A DNA stretch of 42,518 nucleotides, from the IMG/VR virus record IMGVR_UViG_3300022178_000008, positions 1-42,518 of that record; one strand, written 5' to 3'. A program made the position numbers and the translations under genes. Below are positions 1-9,322 of this stretch, in pieces. The DNA comes from a virus (Duplodnaviria > Caudoviricetes). The notes under the pieces were generated by a model that did not search any database, had not been told where the DNA came from, and saw only the letters and a program-made list of their open reading frames with translations. Every line of letters begins with the position of its first letter. The stretch's first letter is position 1.

Positions 1-127
1 TATTTAGCAGACCGCCGCCTGACCCAGCTTGGGCTGAAGCCAAATTGGGAAGTACCAGAGAACCCCCTGCCTTGGCTGGATTGGTTAATTTCTGGAGACA
101 GTTTCAAAAACTTCTTTGAAGGCACAG
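1..127. repeat. 127-bp terminal overlap identical to 42392..42518 (circular assembly overlap)
   Basis: Exact duplication lying inside a coding gene; 127 is a common assembler k-mer length. Confidence 0.95.
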
Positions 128-177
128 TCACCGATTATTCCTCAGATGGAATGGCAGGGGATTGGGGCTGGAGCTAG
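1..177 (+). CDS. nrdB: Ribonucleotide reductase class Ia beta subunit, 3' part (continues from 41612..42391 across the circular join)
   Basis: Frame 1 reads YLADRRLTQLGLKPNW...NPLPWLDW...KNFFEGTVTDYS...WGWS*, a typical NrdB C-terminus, and is in frame with the ORF at the window end. Confidence 0.93.
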   Translation, partial: YLADRRLTQLGLKPNWEVPENPLPWLDWLISGDSFKNFFEGTVTDYSSDGMAGDWGWS

Positions 178-197
178 TAAGTAACCCATTATCGGAC
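178..197 (+). promoter_or_regulatory. Candidate phage RNAP (late) promoter
   Basis: Intergenic core CCCATTATCG shared with the motifs at 29187 and 31726; lies directly before the virion gene block. Confidence 0.5.
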
Positions 198-205
198 GTT
201 TTACT

Positions 206-382
206 ATGAACTATCCTACAAGAAAGCCTCCTCTTTCTAAAGAGCTGTTAGCCTTTCTTAATGAAACGTATCCCGACACACTCCCACGATCTACGTCACT
301 AACTGAACGAGATCTAGCATACCTTCAAGGACAGCGGAGTGTTGTTGATTTTATAATTAACCTATTTGAACAGGATGACTGA
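206..382 (+). CDS. Small hypothetical protein (58 aa, gp6.5-like position)
   Basis: Manually translated: MNYPTRKPPLSKELLAFLNETYPDTLP...LQGQRSVVDFIINLFEQDD*. Fills the gap between nrdB and the next gene. Confidence 0.75.
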   Translation: MNYPTRKPPLSKELLAFLNETYPDTLPRSTSLTERDLAYLQGQRSVVDFIINLFEQDD

Positions 383-383
383 T

Positions 384-599
384 ATGTGTCTAATGGATGC
401 ACCTGCGATGCCAAAGACTCCTGACCCACCTGCGCCGGCGGCGGCACCTATTGCCCCTAAAGAGCCAGACTTAAAGGTCAAGCGAGGAAAGTCCCGCGCA
501 GAAATTGCCCAAGGCAAAAGTCGTTACCGAGTTGATTCCAAGAAAACCAATACTGGTTCTAAAGTCTCCTCTGGTACGGGTCTAAATATACCAACATAA
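384..599 (+). CDS. Small virion/ejection protein, gp6.7-like
   Basis: Start moved to the ATG at 384 (MCLMDAP...). Pro/Lys-rich, ends in GLNIPT, upstream of portal. Confidence 0.7.
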   Translation: MCLMDAPAMPKTPDPPAPAAAPIAPKEPDLKVKRGKSRAEIAQGKSRYRVDSKKTNTGSKVSSGTGLNIPT

Positions 600-609
600 G
601 GAGAAGCAT

Positions 610-882
610 ATGTGCGGTGGTGGTAGAGGGGGCGGCGGAGGCGGCTCCCAACAAAAAGCGGCAGGGGCACCGACCCCAGCAAGTCAAGGTAGCACAGGTG
701 GTAGTGCAGGTGGCGGTGGTGCCCCAGCAGTATCAAGTGCGAATGATAAATCCCGAAATCAGGCGAATAGACGCGCCAACGGTGCAAACCGTAATTCTTA
801 TAAAGTGAGCCTTAAAGTTGATCGTGCAAACGTCGGCGGCGATGGTTCCTCTGGGTTAAATATCCCAACCACGAAAGGCTAA
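610..882 (+). CDS. Small Gly-rich virion protein, gp7.3-like
   Basis: AAGGAG RBS, MCGGG start, C-terminal GGDGSSGLNIPT, immediately before portal. Confidence 0.7.
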   Translation: MCGGGRGGGGGGSQQKAAGAPTPASQGSTGGSAGGGGAPAVSSANDKSRNQANRRANGANRNSYKVSLKVDRANVGGDGSSGLNIPTTKG

Positions 883-883
883 A

Positions 884-2440
884 ATGCAATCACAACTGAT
901 GAGTGGATCCCCTCAGTCAGTTGCCCATCGGTACGGTCAATTAGAGGCTAACCGTATGCCATTTTTGGAACGGGGGCGTAGAGCGGCTGAACTAACAATT
1001 CCAACGCTTTTACCCAAGGCGGGGAGTACATCTTCATCAGATTTCCCAACGCCGTTTCAATCGGTAGGGGCACGAGGGACGAACAACCTAGCGTCCAAAC
1101 TTTTGTTGGCTCTTCTTCCGCCGAATGCCCCGTTCTTCAGGCTTTCGATAGATGAACAAACTGCTCAGATGATTGCGCCTAAGAAGCGCGGCGAGATTGA
1201 AGCTAGTCTTGCTAAGATCGAACGAGTAGCAATGCAAGAGATTGAGACTACAGCGGCACGGGTGCCAATCTATGAGGCACTACGTTCTTTAATTGTCACA
1301 GGCAATGCCCTGCTCTTTGTACCACCGACAGGGGGTATTCGCGTATTTCGCTTAGACCGTTTCGTAGTCAAGCGTGATGCGATGGGTAATGTATTAGAAG
1401 TTATCACAAAAGAGACTGTAGCACGTCAAGCGCTACCTCCTGAAGCACAGGCGGTATTATCTGAGCCAAACAGTACAGATCAAGCCAACGTAGATTTATA
1501 CACACGGTGTGTGCTGGTCAAAGACTACTGGGAGTTAATCCAAGAAGTAGAAGGCACCGCAGTAAAAGGCAGTTATGCCAAGATTGCCGTGGATCGCACA
1601 CCCTTTATCCCATTACGTTTTATTCGTGTGGATGGTGAGGATTATGGGCGAGGATATGTAGAAGAGTACTTTGGTGACCTCGCGTCCCTAGAGTCTTTAA
1701 CACAGGCTATTGTTGAAGGTGCGGCGGCGGCGGCTAAGTTACTATTCTTGGTGCGCCCAAACGGCACAACCAAGATGAGCGCCCTAGCTAAAGCACCTAA
1801 TGGTGCGTTCGTGCAAGGGTCTGATGATGATGTCTCTGTACTTCAGCTTAATAAGCAAAACGATTTCTCAGTAGCACAGGAAACTTCCCGTCAAATTACT
1901 GAGCGAATGGCATTTGCATTCTTATTAAATACATCCGTTCAACGGGATGCTGAGCGCGTAACCGCAGAAGAAGTGCGTTTCATGGCACAGGAACTAGAGA
2001 GCGCCTTAGGTGGTGTCTACTCAATTCTTAGCCAAGAACTCCAAGCACCTTTTATTGAGCTGGTGATGAACCGCTTAGAGCTTCAGGGGAAAATCCCTAT
2101 GATGCCTAAGGAGGCTGTAAAGCCGCAGATCATCACAGGTCTTGAGGCACTTGGTCGAGGGCAGGACTTAAATAAGTTAGCAACGTTCCTAAAATTCTTA
2201 CAACCACTTGGTGCTGACATCTTGGCACGTGAGATGAACATCGATGACTATATTAATCGTCTAGGTGCTTCACTTGGTATTGAGACAGAAGGGCTTATTA
2301 AATCCCCAGAGCAGAAAGCAATGGAAGCTCAGGCGGCACAACAGGCTCAACAACAACAACTCATGCAACAAACAATGGCAGGTATGGCTGAACGAGCCGC
2401 ACCTCAGTTGGCACAAGGCATGATGCCGAAACAGGGTTAA
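884..2440 (+). CDS. Portal (head-tail connector), T7 gp8-like
   Basis: Motifs QSVGARGTNNLASKL, GEDYGRGYVEEY, RDAERVTAEEVR, GLEALGRGQD. Confidence 0.97.
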   Translation: MQSQLMSGSPQSVAHRYGQLEANRMPFLERGRRAAELTIPTLLPKAGSTSSSDFPTPFQSVGARGTNNLASKLLLALLPPNAPFFRLSIDEQTAQMIAPKKRGEIEASLAKIERVAMQEIETTAARVPIYEALRSLIVTGNALLFVPPTGGIRVFRLDRFVVKRDAMGNVLEVITKETVARQALPPEAQAVLSEPNSTDQANVDLYTRCVLVKDYWELIQEVEGTAVKGSYAKIAVDRTPFIPLRFIRVDGEDYGRGYVEEYFGDLASLESLTQAIVEGAAAAAKLLFLVRPNGTTKMSALAKAPNGAFVQGSDDDVSVLQLNKQNDFSVAQETSRQITERMAFAFLLNTSVQRDAERVTAEEVRFMAQELESALGGVYSILSQELQAPFIELVMNRLELQGKIPMMPKEAVKPQIITGLEALGRGQDLNKLATFLKFLQPLGADILAREMNIDDYINRLGASLGIETEGLIKSPEQKAMEAQAAQQAQQQQLMQQTMAGMAERAAPQLAQGMMPKQG

Positions 2441-2442
2441 AC

Positions 2443-3252
2443 ATGGCAAGTATAAATACGGCTCAGCTAAAGCTGGGCAATAACGGTAAAGGGTCGCGGG
2501 TTAGCACAAACGTGCGCCCCCAACCCAAAGATATGGGGACGGTAGAAGAAGTCCCTAAAGTAAAACGGGGTCTTCCCGCCCCCCCTAAAGCGCGAGGTAA
2601 AGCGGGTATATTAGCACGGGTGCTAAAACTTGCCAGAGGTGCGGCTGTTGCGCTCAACGCTTCAACTTACTCCAAAGGTCTAAACACCAATGAGGATGCG
2701 GAGTTAAAGAAGCGAAAAGAATCTTCCCCTACCCTTAGCGCGAATAACGCTCGACGTGGTGCGGCACGTATTAAAGAAGGTGTTAACAAGGGGCTTAACA
2801 GTAATAACAGCACCAGAAAGCCTGATGTTGGTGGTAAGAAAAAACGGACAGGTGGGGACGCTGTTAAACCGACAGCCGCTGTTAAACCGACAGCCGCCAA
2901 TACCGCTACAACGACAGTCGCCAATAACGCTAAACCGCCAACAACCGCCGCTAAAAAGCCCACTAAATTTGTGGGGCAAGGCTTACGAAAGACAGGTATG
3001 TCTGTTGATGGTGGTATGAGTGACCGCGTCTCTAATCTCGGCAAGGTTACGAGCAACGTAATGAAGGCTGACCTAACAGATGCATCACTTAAAAAGGCTG
3101 GCTTAGCCGCCTCAAACAAGGATGCCTCTAAAGGGTTTGCAGGTTCGTTTAAGCGCCTCTTTGAGGGCAACATCGATAATGTAGGTTCTGCGGCATACAA
3201 AAAGTATGGGGCTGGGCGTGGCTTATCTGAGTTATTCAAAGCACGTAAGTAA
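2443..3252 (+). CDS. Highly basic low-complexity protein of unknown function
   Basis: 269-aa ORF tightly filling the portal-scaffold gap; Lys/Arg/Ala/Gly-rich with AVKPTA repeats. Confidence 0.75.
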   Translation: MASINTAQLKLGNNGKGSRVSTNVRPQPKDMGTVEEVPKVKRGLPAPPKARGKAGILARVLKLARGAAVALNASTYSKGLNTNEDAELKKRKESSPTLSANNARRGAARIKEGVNKGLNSNNSTRKPDVGGKKKRTGGDAVKPTAAVKPTAANTATTTVANNAKPPTTAAKKPTKFVGQGLRKTGMSVDGGMSDRVSNLGKVTSNVMKADLTDASLKKAGLAASNKDASKGFAGSFKRLFEGNIDNVGSAAYKKYGAGRGLSELFKARK

Positions 3253-3276
3253 ATAAAAAATTATCAGGAGTATTTT

Positions 3277-4065
3277 GTGGAAGACATCAACACATTTGAT
3301 GGCGAACCAACAGAGACTGCTGAACAGCAAGCGGAATTAATCCGTGTGGCAGAGGGTGGTACTCCCGCCCCTGCCTCTGCTGGTTCAGATCGTCCAGAAT
3401 GGTTACCAGAGAAGTTCAAATCTGCGGAAGATTTAGCACAAGCATATTCTGAATTAGAGCGCAGGCTTGGTTCAGATGACAATGACGATGAGGAAACAGA
3501 CGAAACAGATGAGGATTTCGATCCCAACGAGTTTTCTCCACCTGAGGTTTCTGAATACCTAGCGGAACAGAACCTTAACTTTGATGTGTTTGCACAAGAG
3601 TTCTACCAAAATGGGGGACTATCTGATGATGCATACACAACACTAGAACAAAACGGCATCCCACGGGGTATTGTTGATCAATACATCGAGGGTCAAACAG
3701 CTATCATGGCTGATATGCAGGACACCGCCTTCCAAGCTGTAGGTGGTCAGACTGAATATACAAACATGATTGGTTGGGCACAGAACAACTTGAGCCAAGG
3801 TGAGATTGATGCATTTAATGCCAATCTAAACACCAATGATATGGATCAAGCCTTGTTCGCAATTCAGGGACTATCGGCGCGTTACCGATCTGATATGGGT
3901 GGTCTACCTAGTAACATGACCTATGGTCAGACTAATACCACTTCAGCGGGGTCTTACCAGTCTATCGCGGAAATGACGCGGGACATGGCAGACTCGAAGT
4001 ACGCTTCCGACCCTGCATTCCGACAGATGGTGGCTTCTCGTTTGAGAAACTCCAACATCCTGTAA
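3277..4065 (+). CDS. Capsid scaffolding protein, gp9-like
   Basis: RPEWLPEKFKSAEDLAQAYSELE, acidic composition, C-terminal Y..DPAFRQMV..RL..S; GTG start with AGGAG RBS. Confidence 0.93.
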   Translation: MEDINTFDGEPTETAEQQAELIRVAEGGTPAPASAGSDRPEWLPEKFKSAEDLAQAYSELERRLGSDDNDDEETDETDEDFDPNEFSPPEVSEYLAEQNLNFDVFAQEFYQNGGLSDDAYTTLEQNGIPRGIVDQYIEGQTAIMADMQDTAFQAVGGQTEYTNMIGWAQNNLSQGEIDAFNANLNTNDMDQALFAIQGLSARYRSDMGGLPSNMTYGQTNTTSAGSYQSIAEMTRDMADSKYASDPAFRQMVASRLRNSNIL

Positions 4066-4081
4066 CTCCTGAAAAAACTTT

Positions 4082-4112
4082 AGCCCCCGCCTAACCGTGG
4101 GGGCTTCTTTTT
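4082..4112 (+). terminator. Intrinsic terminator-like hairpin after scaffold
   Basis: AGCCCCCGC-ctaacc-GTGGGGGCT followed by a T-run. Confidence 0.7.
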
Positions 4113-4228
4113 AATACTAAGAATTTTAAGCAATACAGTAGATCTAGACCCCCTGCGGGGGACAATCCTGTGTCGAGACATTGCAAGAAAGCCTGAGTGT
4201 TAAAAACCAGAGCATCTGCTCTATTTTT
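4111..4228 (+). other. Putative structured RNA leader of the capsid gene
   Basis: Nested complementary segments around CCCCC-TGC-GGGGG (see findings). Confidence 0.45.
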
Positions 4229-4260
4229 GTACATTCCACTTTTTTGTAAGGAAATAAACT

Positions 4261-5286
4261 ATGGCTTTGCCAGATTACTCCCCCTCCCGTCTTGGTCAAA
4301 CTAACGCCGCCGGCGATGATCGCGACCTCTTTCTAAAATTGTTTGCTGGTGAAGTTCTCACGAGCTTTGAACACACCAACATTGGTATGACTCTGCACCG
4401 TGTGCGCACCATCGCCAAAGGTAAATCCGCCAGCTTTCCGCTGACAGGTTATGCCTCTGCGACATATCACACGCCCGGCACTATGATTGATCCAACGGGT
4501 GTAAAACATGGTGAGCGTATTGTCACCGTTGATGACTTGCTGATCAGCCCTGTGTTTATCGCAAACATCGATGAGGCAATGAACCACTTTGATGTGCGCG
4601 GTATCTACTCTAAAGAGTCTGGTGCGGCATTGGCACGTCAAGCAGATCGGAACGTATTCCGTACCGTTGCAAAAGCCGCGTTCATCACTAACGGCACACA
4701 AGCCGCCGCCGAGTTCGGTGCGCAGTTTGATGACGAAATCTACACAGCAAACCAGACCATTGGTACCGTTGCAGGTGATTCAACCGACCCTGTTAAGATT
4801 GTTGAAGCAATCTACAAGGCAGTTGAAGAGTTCGCTTTGAAGAACGTGCCTACCGACAACGCTGTTATCGTGTTGCCACCTGTGCAGTACTACGCGCTGT
4901 TGAATGTCTCTGATGTCACCAAAGCCGCTTGGCTGAACCGTGATGTTGGTGGTGCAGGTTCTACCGCAGGTGCTATGGTGCCTGTTGTTGCTGGTCTGCG
5001 TGTGATGATGAGCAACCACCTCCCCCAGACTGACCAGACATTGGCACTGGCTGACGGTGATACCGCTCCAATCACAACTAGCCGTGCTGGTAAGTACAAG
5101 GCTGACTTTAGCTCAATCAAGGGCTTGATCTTCACCCCCGATGCCGCCGCATCCGTCAAGTTGATGGATCTGGGTGTTGAGGCTGAGTATCAGATCGAAC
5201 GTCAAGGCACCTTGATGGTCGCTAAGTACGCTATGGGACATAACGTCCTGCGTCCTGCTTGCGCCATTGCTCTGACGAGCGCCTAA
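4261..5286 (+). CDS. Major capsid protein, gp10-like
   Basis: LFLKLFAGEVLTSF, RTIAKGKSASFP, ITVDDLL-like segment, KYAMGHNVLRP; biased codon usage of a highly expressed gene. Confidence 0.97.
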   Translation: MALPDYSPSRLGQTNAAGDDRDLFLKLFAGEVLTSFEHTNIGMTLHRVRTIAKGKSASFPLTGYASATYHTPGTMIDPTGVKHGERIVTVDDLLISPVFIANIDEAMNHFDVRGIYSKESGAALARQADRNVFRTVAKAAFITNGTQAAAEFGAQFDDEIYTANQTIGTVAGDSTDPVKIVEAIYKAVEEFALKNVPTDNAVIVLPPVQYYALLNVSDVTKAAWLNRDVGGAGSTAGAMVPVVAGLRVMMSNHLPQTDQTLALADGDTAPITTSRAGKYKADFSSIKGLIFTPDAAASVKLMDLGVEAEYQIERQGTLMVAKYAMGHNVLRPACAIALTSA

Positions 5287-5291
5287 ACCCT

Positions 5292-5327
5292 TAGGGGAAT
5301 CCTGTAAAAGGGGTTCCCCTATTTTTT
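5292..5327 (+). terminator. T-phi-like terminator after capsid
   Basis: TAGGGGAATCCT...GGGGTTCCCCTA hairpin plus TTTTTT at the canonical post-capsid position. Confidence 0.85.
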
Positions 5328-5338
5328 CGGAGTTATGA

Positions 5339-5926
5339 ATGACACCAACCACTAAACTTGAAGCCATCAACATCATGCTTTCGAGTATCGGTGAATCTCC
5401 CGTTAACTCGTTAACATCGGGTCTAGTGGATGCGGAGATGGCTGAGACAATTTTAAACGCTACAAGCCGTGATGTTCAATCACAAGGCTGGCACTTCAAC
5501 ACAGAACCTTCCTATGGGATTGTCCCATTGGCATCTGGGGAGCTACTTCTCCCTGCAAACTGCTTAAAGGTTGATCAAATCTCATCAGAACGTGAATTCG
5601 ATTTGGTTCAACGCGGGTCAAAGCTCTATGACCGTAAAAAGCATACTTTCAAAATTGGGCGTACTGTACAAGTTGACATGGTAATCATGTTAGATTTTGA
5701 GCAGTTGCCAGAAGCCGCTCGGCGTTTCATTACGCTTAAGGGCGCACGAGTTTTCCAAGACCGCGCTGTAGGATCCGCAGAATTGCATGGGTTCCAAGAG
5801 CGAGATGAGCTACGTGCTTTAGTCGAGTTAAAGGATATGGAGGCAGATACTGCTGACTACACCATATTTGATAACTATGCCGTATCACGTGTGTTCGACA
5901 GGTCTATATCTAATAAATCAAGATAA
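5339..5926 (+). CDS. Tail tubular protein A, gp11-like
   Basis: LEAINIMLSSIGESPVNSL, VQSQGWHFNTE, LPEAARRFIT. Confidence 0.95.
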   Translation: MTPTTKLEAINIMLSSIGESPVNSLTSGLVDAEMAETILNATSRDVQSQGWHFNTEPSYGIVPLASGELLLPANCLKVDQISSEREFDLVQRGSKLYDRKKHTFKIGRTVQVDMVIMLDFEQLPEAARRFITLKGARVFQDRAVGSAELHGFQERDELRALVELKDMEADTADYTIFDNYAVSRVFDRSISNKSR

Positions 5927-5935
5927 GGTTGATAT

Positions 5936-8242
5936 ATGCCGCTGATTTCAGAATCCATCCCAAACCTTGTCAACGGCGTATCTCAACAGCCCCCCTCTCT
6001 CCGTTTGAAAACTCAGGCGCAGTTGCAGGAGAATGGGCTATCGACAGTCGTTGAAGGGTTACGTAAGCGCCCCAGTTCAGAATTTATCGCAGAGATACCT
6101 GATGCAGTAGACTTTGATAACGCGTTTATTCATACTATTCGGCGTGATGAAAAGGAATTCTATACCCTTATAATCACGCCATCAACTATCCGAATGTTTG
6201 ACAAAGAAGGTGTCTCACGTGCAGTAACAGGTGATGCATCATACTTATCAGGTCTCGTAAATCCAAGCACAGAATTAACCGTTACATCTGTCGCTGATTA
6301 CACGTTTATTGTGAACAAAACAGTTACTGTTGGGAAGCTACCAGATATCTCCCCTACACGTCCTGAAGAGGCGCTAGTGTATGTTAGGCAGGGTGACTAC
6401 TTAACAGATTATAAAGTAACATTGACATACGATGGGGCAACTACAGTCGCCTCATACACCACATTCGATGCAAGCGTATCCAGCAACCAATCAGATGTTA
6501 AGACTAACAACATTGCCAAGCAGTTGTTCGACGCTCTTGTGGATAACCTACCCGCAGACAAATTTCTATTAACAGATTATGGTAGCACGTTCTATATCAA
6601 ACGTATTGATGGCGGTGCGTTCACAATGCGTGTCGAAGACTCCCGTGGTGACACCTTTGTAAAAGGATTTAAAGGACAGGTAACAGACTTCTATGATTTG
6701 CCCCCAAAAGGTGAGCTAGGCTTTAGTATCAAAGTGATTGGAGATACTAAAGCTCAGGAGGATGATTATTATGTAACGCTCACCGACGATAACACAGGTG
6801 GTACACCCACTTGGAAAGAAAGCGTCGCCGCAGGGTTGGAAACACATTTTGACCCCGCAACAATGCCTCATCAATTGGTTAAGCAACCTGACGGATCATT
6901 TGTGTTTCAACAGGCAGAATGGTTATCAAGGCAAGCAGGGGACGATGAAACAAACCCGTTCCCATCTTTTGTGGGAAAAACGTTGAATGATATTTTCCTG
7001 CACCGAAACCGCCTTGGTTTACTTGCGGATGAGAATGTTATCTTTTCGGAGGCGGGTGAGTACTACAACTACTTTGCAACTACTGTGCTAACGATCTTGG
7101 ATTCAAACCCAATTGACGTGGCGGTATCAAACAACCAAGTGTCTATTCTACGTCACGCGGTGCCGTTCAACAAAACCTTACTTCTGTTCTCCGACTTAAC
7201 ACAGTTTACATTGACTGCGGGTGATCTACTCACCCCAGACACCGTAGCTATTGATGTGGCAACACAGTTTGAGGCATCCCTCAGAGCAAAACCTGTGGGT
7301 ATTGGTCGCTTTGTGTTTTTCGCAACGCGCCGAGGTATTTGGTCAGGCGTTCGAGAGTATTTCGTTGAAACAGCTTCTGATACTACTACTAACGCGCTGG
7401 AGATTACCTCACATTGCCCACGGTATATTCAAGGGGAAGTTAAACGCCTTGCCGCCTCTTCTAACGAAGAGATGCTCTTGGCGCTGTCTGAAACAGATCC
7501 CAGTACAGTTTACGTGTACCGCTACTACTGGAGCGCACAGGAAAAGTTACAATCCTCTTGGTCAGAATGGAAGTTTGATGGTGAAGTCCTGAATGTAGAC
7601 TTCAACATGAGCGACATCTTTCTAATTATTAAGAGGGCTGATGGTGTTTATTTGGAGCGTATTAACCTCTCACGAGATCAGGCGACCCAGTACACCGTTA
7701 ATAATTTTGGCGTTAACTTAGATCAGAGAGTGATACTTTCTGAGGTTGGTGCAAGAACACCTTACACGGCTCAAAACACCATCTATGTCTCATTTGACGG
7801 CGTTGTAATTACCCAAGGTTCTGTTGGCTGGGAAGAGAAGTTAGATGCCGCCTTAGCAAGAGGTGTGGTGTTTGCAGGTGTCCCGTACACTTTTAAATAC
7901 ACCTTATCAGAGGTGGTGGTGAAGCGGGAGAATGAACCAATAACAATCAGTCGCTTGCAGATGCGTAGCTTTGCTCTCGTGTATTACGATACAGGCTACT
8001 TTGAGGTAACCGTTCGTCCTAAAAGCCGAACACCTTCAAATCTAAAATTTACTGGTAGAGTTGTTGGGTCACGCAATAACTTGATTAGCGCTTTGCCAAT
8101 CGAGTCAGGCACCTTCAAGTTTCCCGTATTAGCCAAAAGTGATCAGGTTGAGATTGAGATCAGTAGTGATTCATTCTTACCCTGCGCCTTTCAATCGGCT
8201 GAGTGGGAAGGCTACTACACCTTACGATCAACAAGGAATTAA
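5936..8242 (+). CDS. Tail tubular protein B, gp12-like
   Basis: IPNLVNGVSQQP, GDDETNPFPSFVG, RNRLGLL, QSSWSEW; size and synteny. Confidence 0.95.
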   Translation: MPLISESIPNLVNGVSQQPPSLRLKTQAQLQENGLSTVVEGLRKRPSSEFIAEIPDAVDFDNAFIHTIRRDEKEFYTLIITPSTIRMFDKEGVSRAVTGDASYLSGLVNPSTELTVTSVADYTFIVNKTVTVGKLPDISPTRPEEALVYVRQGDYLTDYKVTLTYDGATTVASYTTFDASVSSNQSDVKTNNIAKQLFDALVDNLPADKFLLTDYGSTFYIKRIDGGAFTMRVEDSRGDTFVKGFKGQVTDFYDLPPKGELGFSIKVIGDTKAQEDDYYVTLTDDNTGGTPTWKESVAAGLETHFDPATMPHQLVKQPDGSFVFQQAEWLSRQAGDDETNPFPSFVGKTLNDIFLHRNRLGLLADENVIFSEAGEYYNYFATTVLTILDSNPIDVAVSNNQVSILRHAVPFNKTLLLFSDLTQFTLTAGDLLTPDTVAIDVATQFEASLRAKPVGIGRFVFFATRRGIWSGVREYFVETASDTTTNALEITSHCPRYIQGEVKRLAASSNEEMLLALSETDPSTVYVYRYYWSAQEKLQSSWSEWKFDGEVLNVDFNMSDIFLIIKRADGVYLERINLSRDQATQYTVNNFGVNLDQRVILSEVGARTPYTAQNTIYVSFDGVVITQGSVGWEEKLDAALARGVVFAGVPYTFKYTLSEVVVKRENEPITISRLQMRSFALVYYDTGYFEVTVRPKSRTPSNLKFTGRVVGSRNNLISALPIESGTFKFPVLAKSDQVEIEISSDSFLPCAFQSAEWEGYYTLRSTRN

Positions 8243-8704
8243 ATGGCTTATTACCGTCCTTCTATTGAAGAGGATATCACGGTACTCGCCCCAAAAATGC
8301 GGAAGCAAGATGCACTAGAGGTCTGGCATAGCCACGGCTTGTCACCTCTAGATGCTCTTGCCATGTCTTTTAAGTTAAGTGTGGAATCCAACACCATCCT
8401 CGATGATGACAAAGAGGTCATTGGGATGTTTGGTGTTGGAGAAGCCACACCGCAGGTGGGTATTCCGTGGTTGTTAGCATCAGACAAATTACGGGATGTA
8501 ACTAAACAGTTTCTTCCTGAATCTGAGAAGTGGGTCAAGCGCATGAACGAGCGCTATGACCTCCTGTATAACTACGTTTACGCGGGGAATACCACGAGCA
8601 TTAGATGGCTCAAATGGATGGGGTTTACGTTCATACGAGAAATCCCTGATTATGGTGTTCATCCCACTAATTTTATAGAATTTGCTAAACACAAAGGATT
8701 CTAA
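8243..8704 (+). CDS. Internal virion protein A, gp13-like (GNAT/acyltransferase-like fold)
   Basis: Synteny; MR.QD..E, GMFGV, LYNYVYAGNTTSIRWLKWMGF resembles the GNAT motif N..SIRWLK.LGF. Confidence 0.85.
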   Translation: MAYYRPSIEEDITVLAPKMRKQDALEVWHSHGLSPLDALAMSFKLSVESNTILDDDKEVIGMFGVGEATPQVGIPWLLASDKLRDVTKQFLPESEKWVKRMNERYDLLYNYVYAGNTTSIRWLKWMGFTFIREIPDYGVHPTNFIEFAKHKGF

Positions 8705-9316
8705 ATGTGTACTCCCGAAGCGCAAGTAGCGGCGGCTGTGTTCCAAGGAATACAGGGACAAAACGCCGCTGTTGAACAAGCGAACAGGCAGAACGCAATG
8801 TATCTTGAAAATGCACAGAACGCTCGTACAGCGGCTACTGATGATCAACGCGCACTAAATATGCGGATTGGTCAGGAAGGGGATGCCGCCTCGCAACAGC
8901 GCTTTGCCGCCTTAGTTCAAGGATTGCGAAATAGCGGTACTGCCACAACCGCCGCAGGTGAAGCAGGTGTTTCAGGTAACTCTGTCTCTGCTTTACTTGC
9001 TGACCTAACCCGTCAAACAACAGTCCAACAAGGTACGATTACTCGTAACTTTGATATGACTAAGAGCCAACTAGAACAAAACAAGGAGGCGACTAAGTCA
9101 ACATTTACTTCAAGAGTTAATGGTGTCCAGAAGGGGTCAGCCCCCTCAGCAACCGATGCCCTCCTTGGAATTGCGGTAAATGGCGGCATGGCATATGGCT
9201 CAGCCCAGATGCAAGCCAATCAAACCACGGCAATGAACAACCAGACAGCCGCACTTAAGGCGCGGGGGTCTAGTTCACTACCCCCAAAAGCAACAGTTAA
9301 ACCACGTGGAAGATAA
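8705..9316 (+). CDS. Internal virion (ejection) protein B, gp14-like
   Basis: MC start, Ala/Gln-rich, AAGEAGVSGNSV motif, synteny. Confidence 0.85.
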   Translation: MCTPEAQVAAAVFQGIQGQNAAVEQANRQNAMYLENAQNARTAATDDQRALNMRIGQEGDAASQQRFAALVQGLRNSGTATTAAGEAGVSGNSVSALLADLTRQTTVQQGTITRNFDMTKSQLEQNKEATKSTFTSRVNGVQKGSAPSATDALLGIAVNGGMAYGSAQMQANQTTAMNNQTAALKARGSSSLPPKATVKPRGR

Positions 9317-9322
9317 ATAATT

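Noticed and set aside
2667-3239. 190-aa antisense ORF (and other minus-strand ORFs in the track)
   Set aside because: Shadows of + strand genes with no motifs; the genome is uniformly co-oriented
5260-5340. T7 10A/10B-type capsid frameshift extension
   Set aside because: No clear slippery site or extended alternative frame; a terminator and gp11 follow at once
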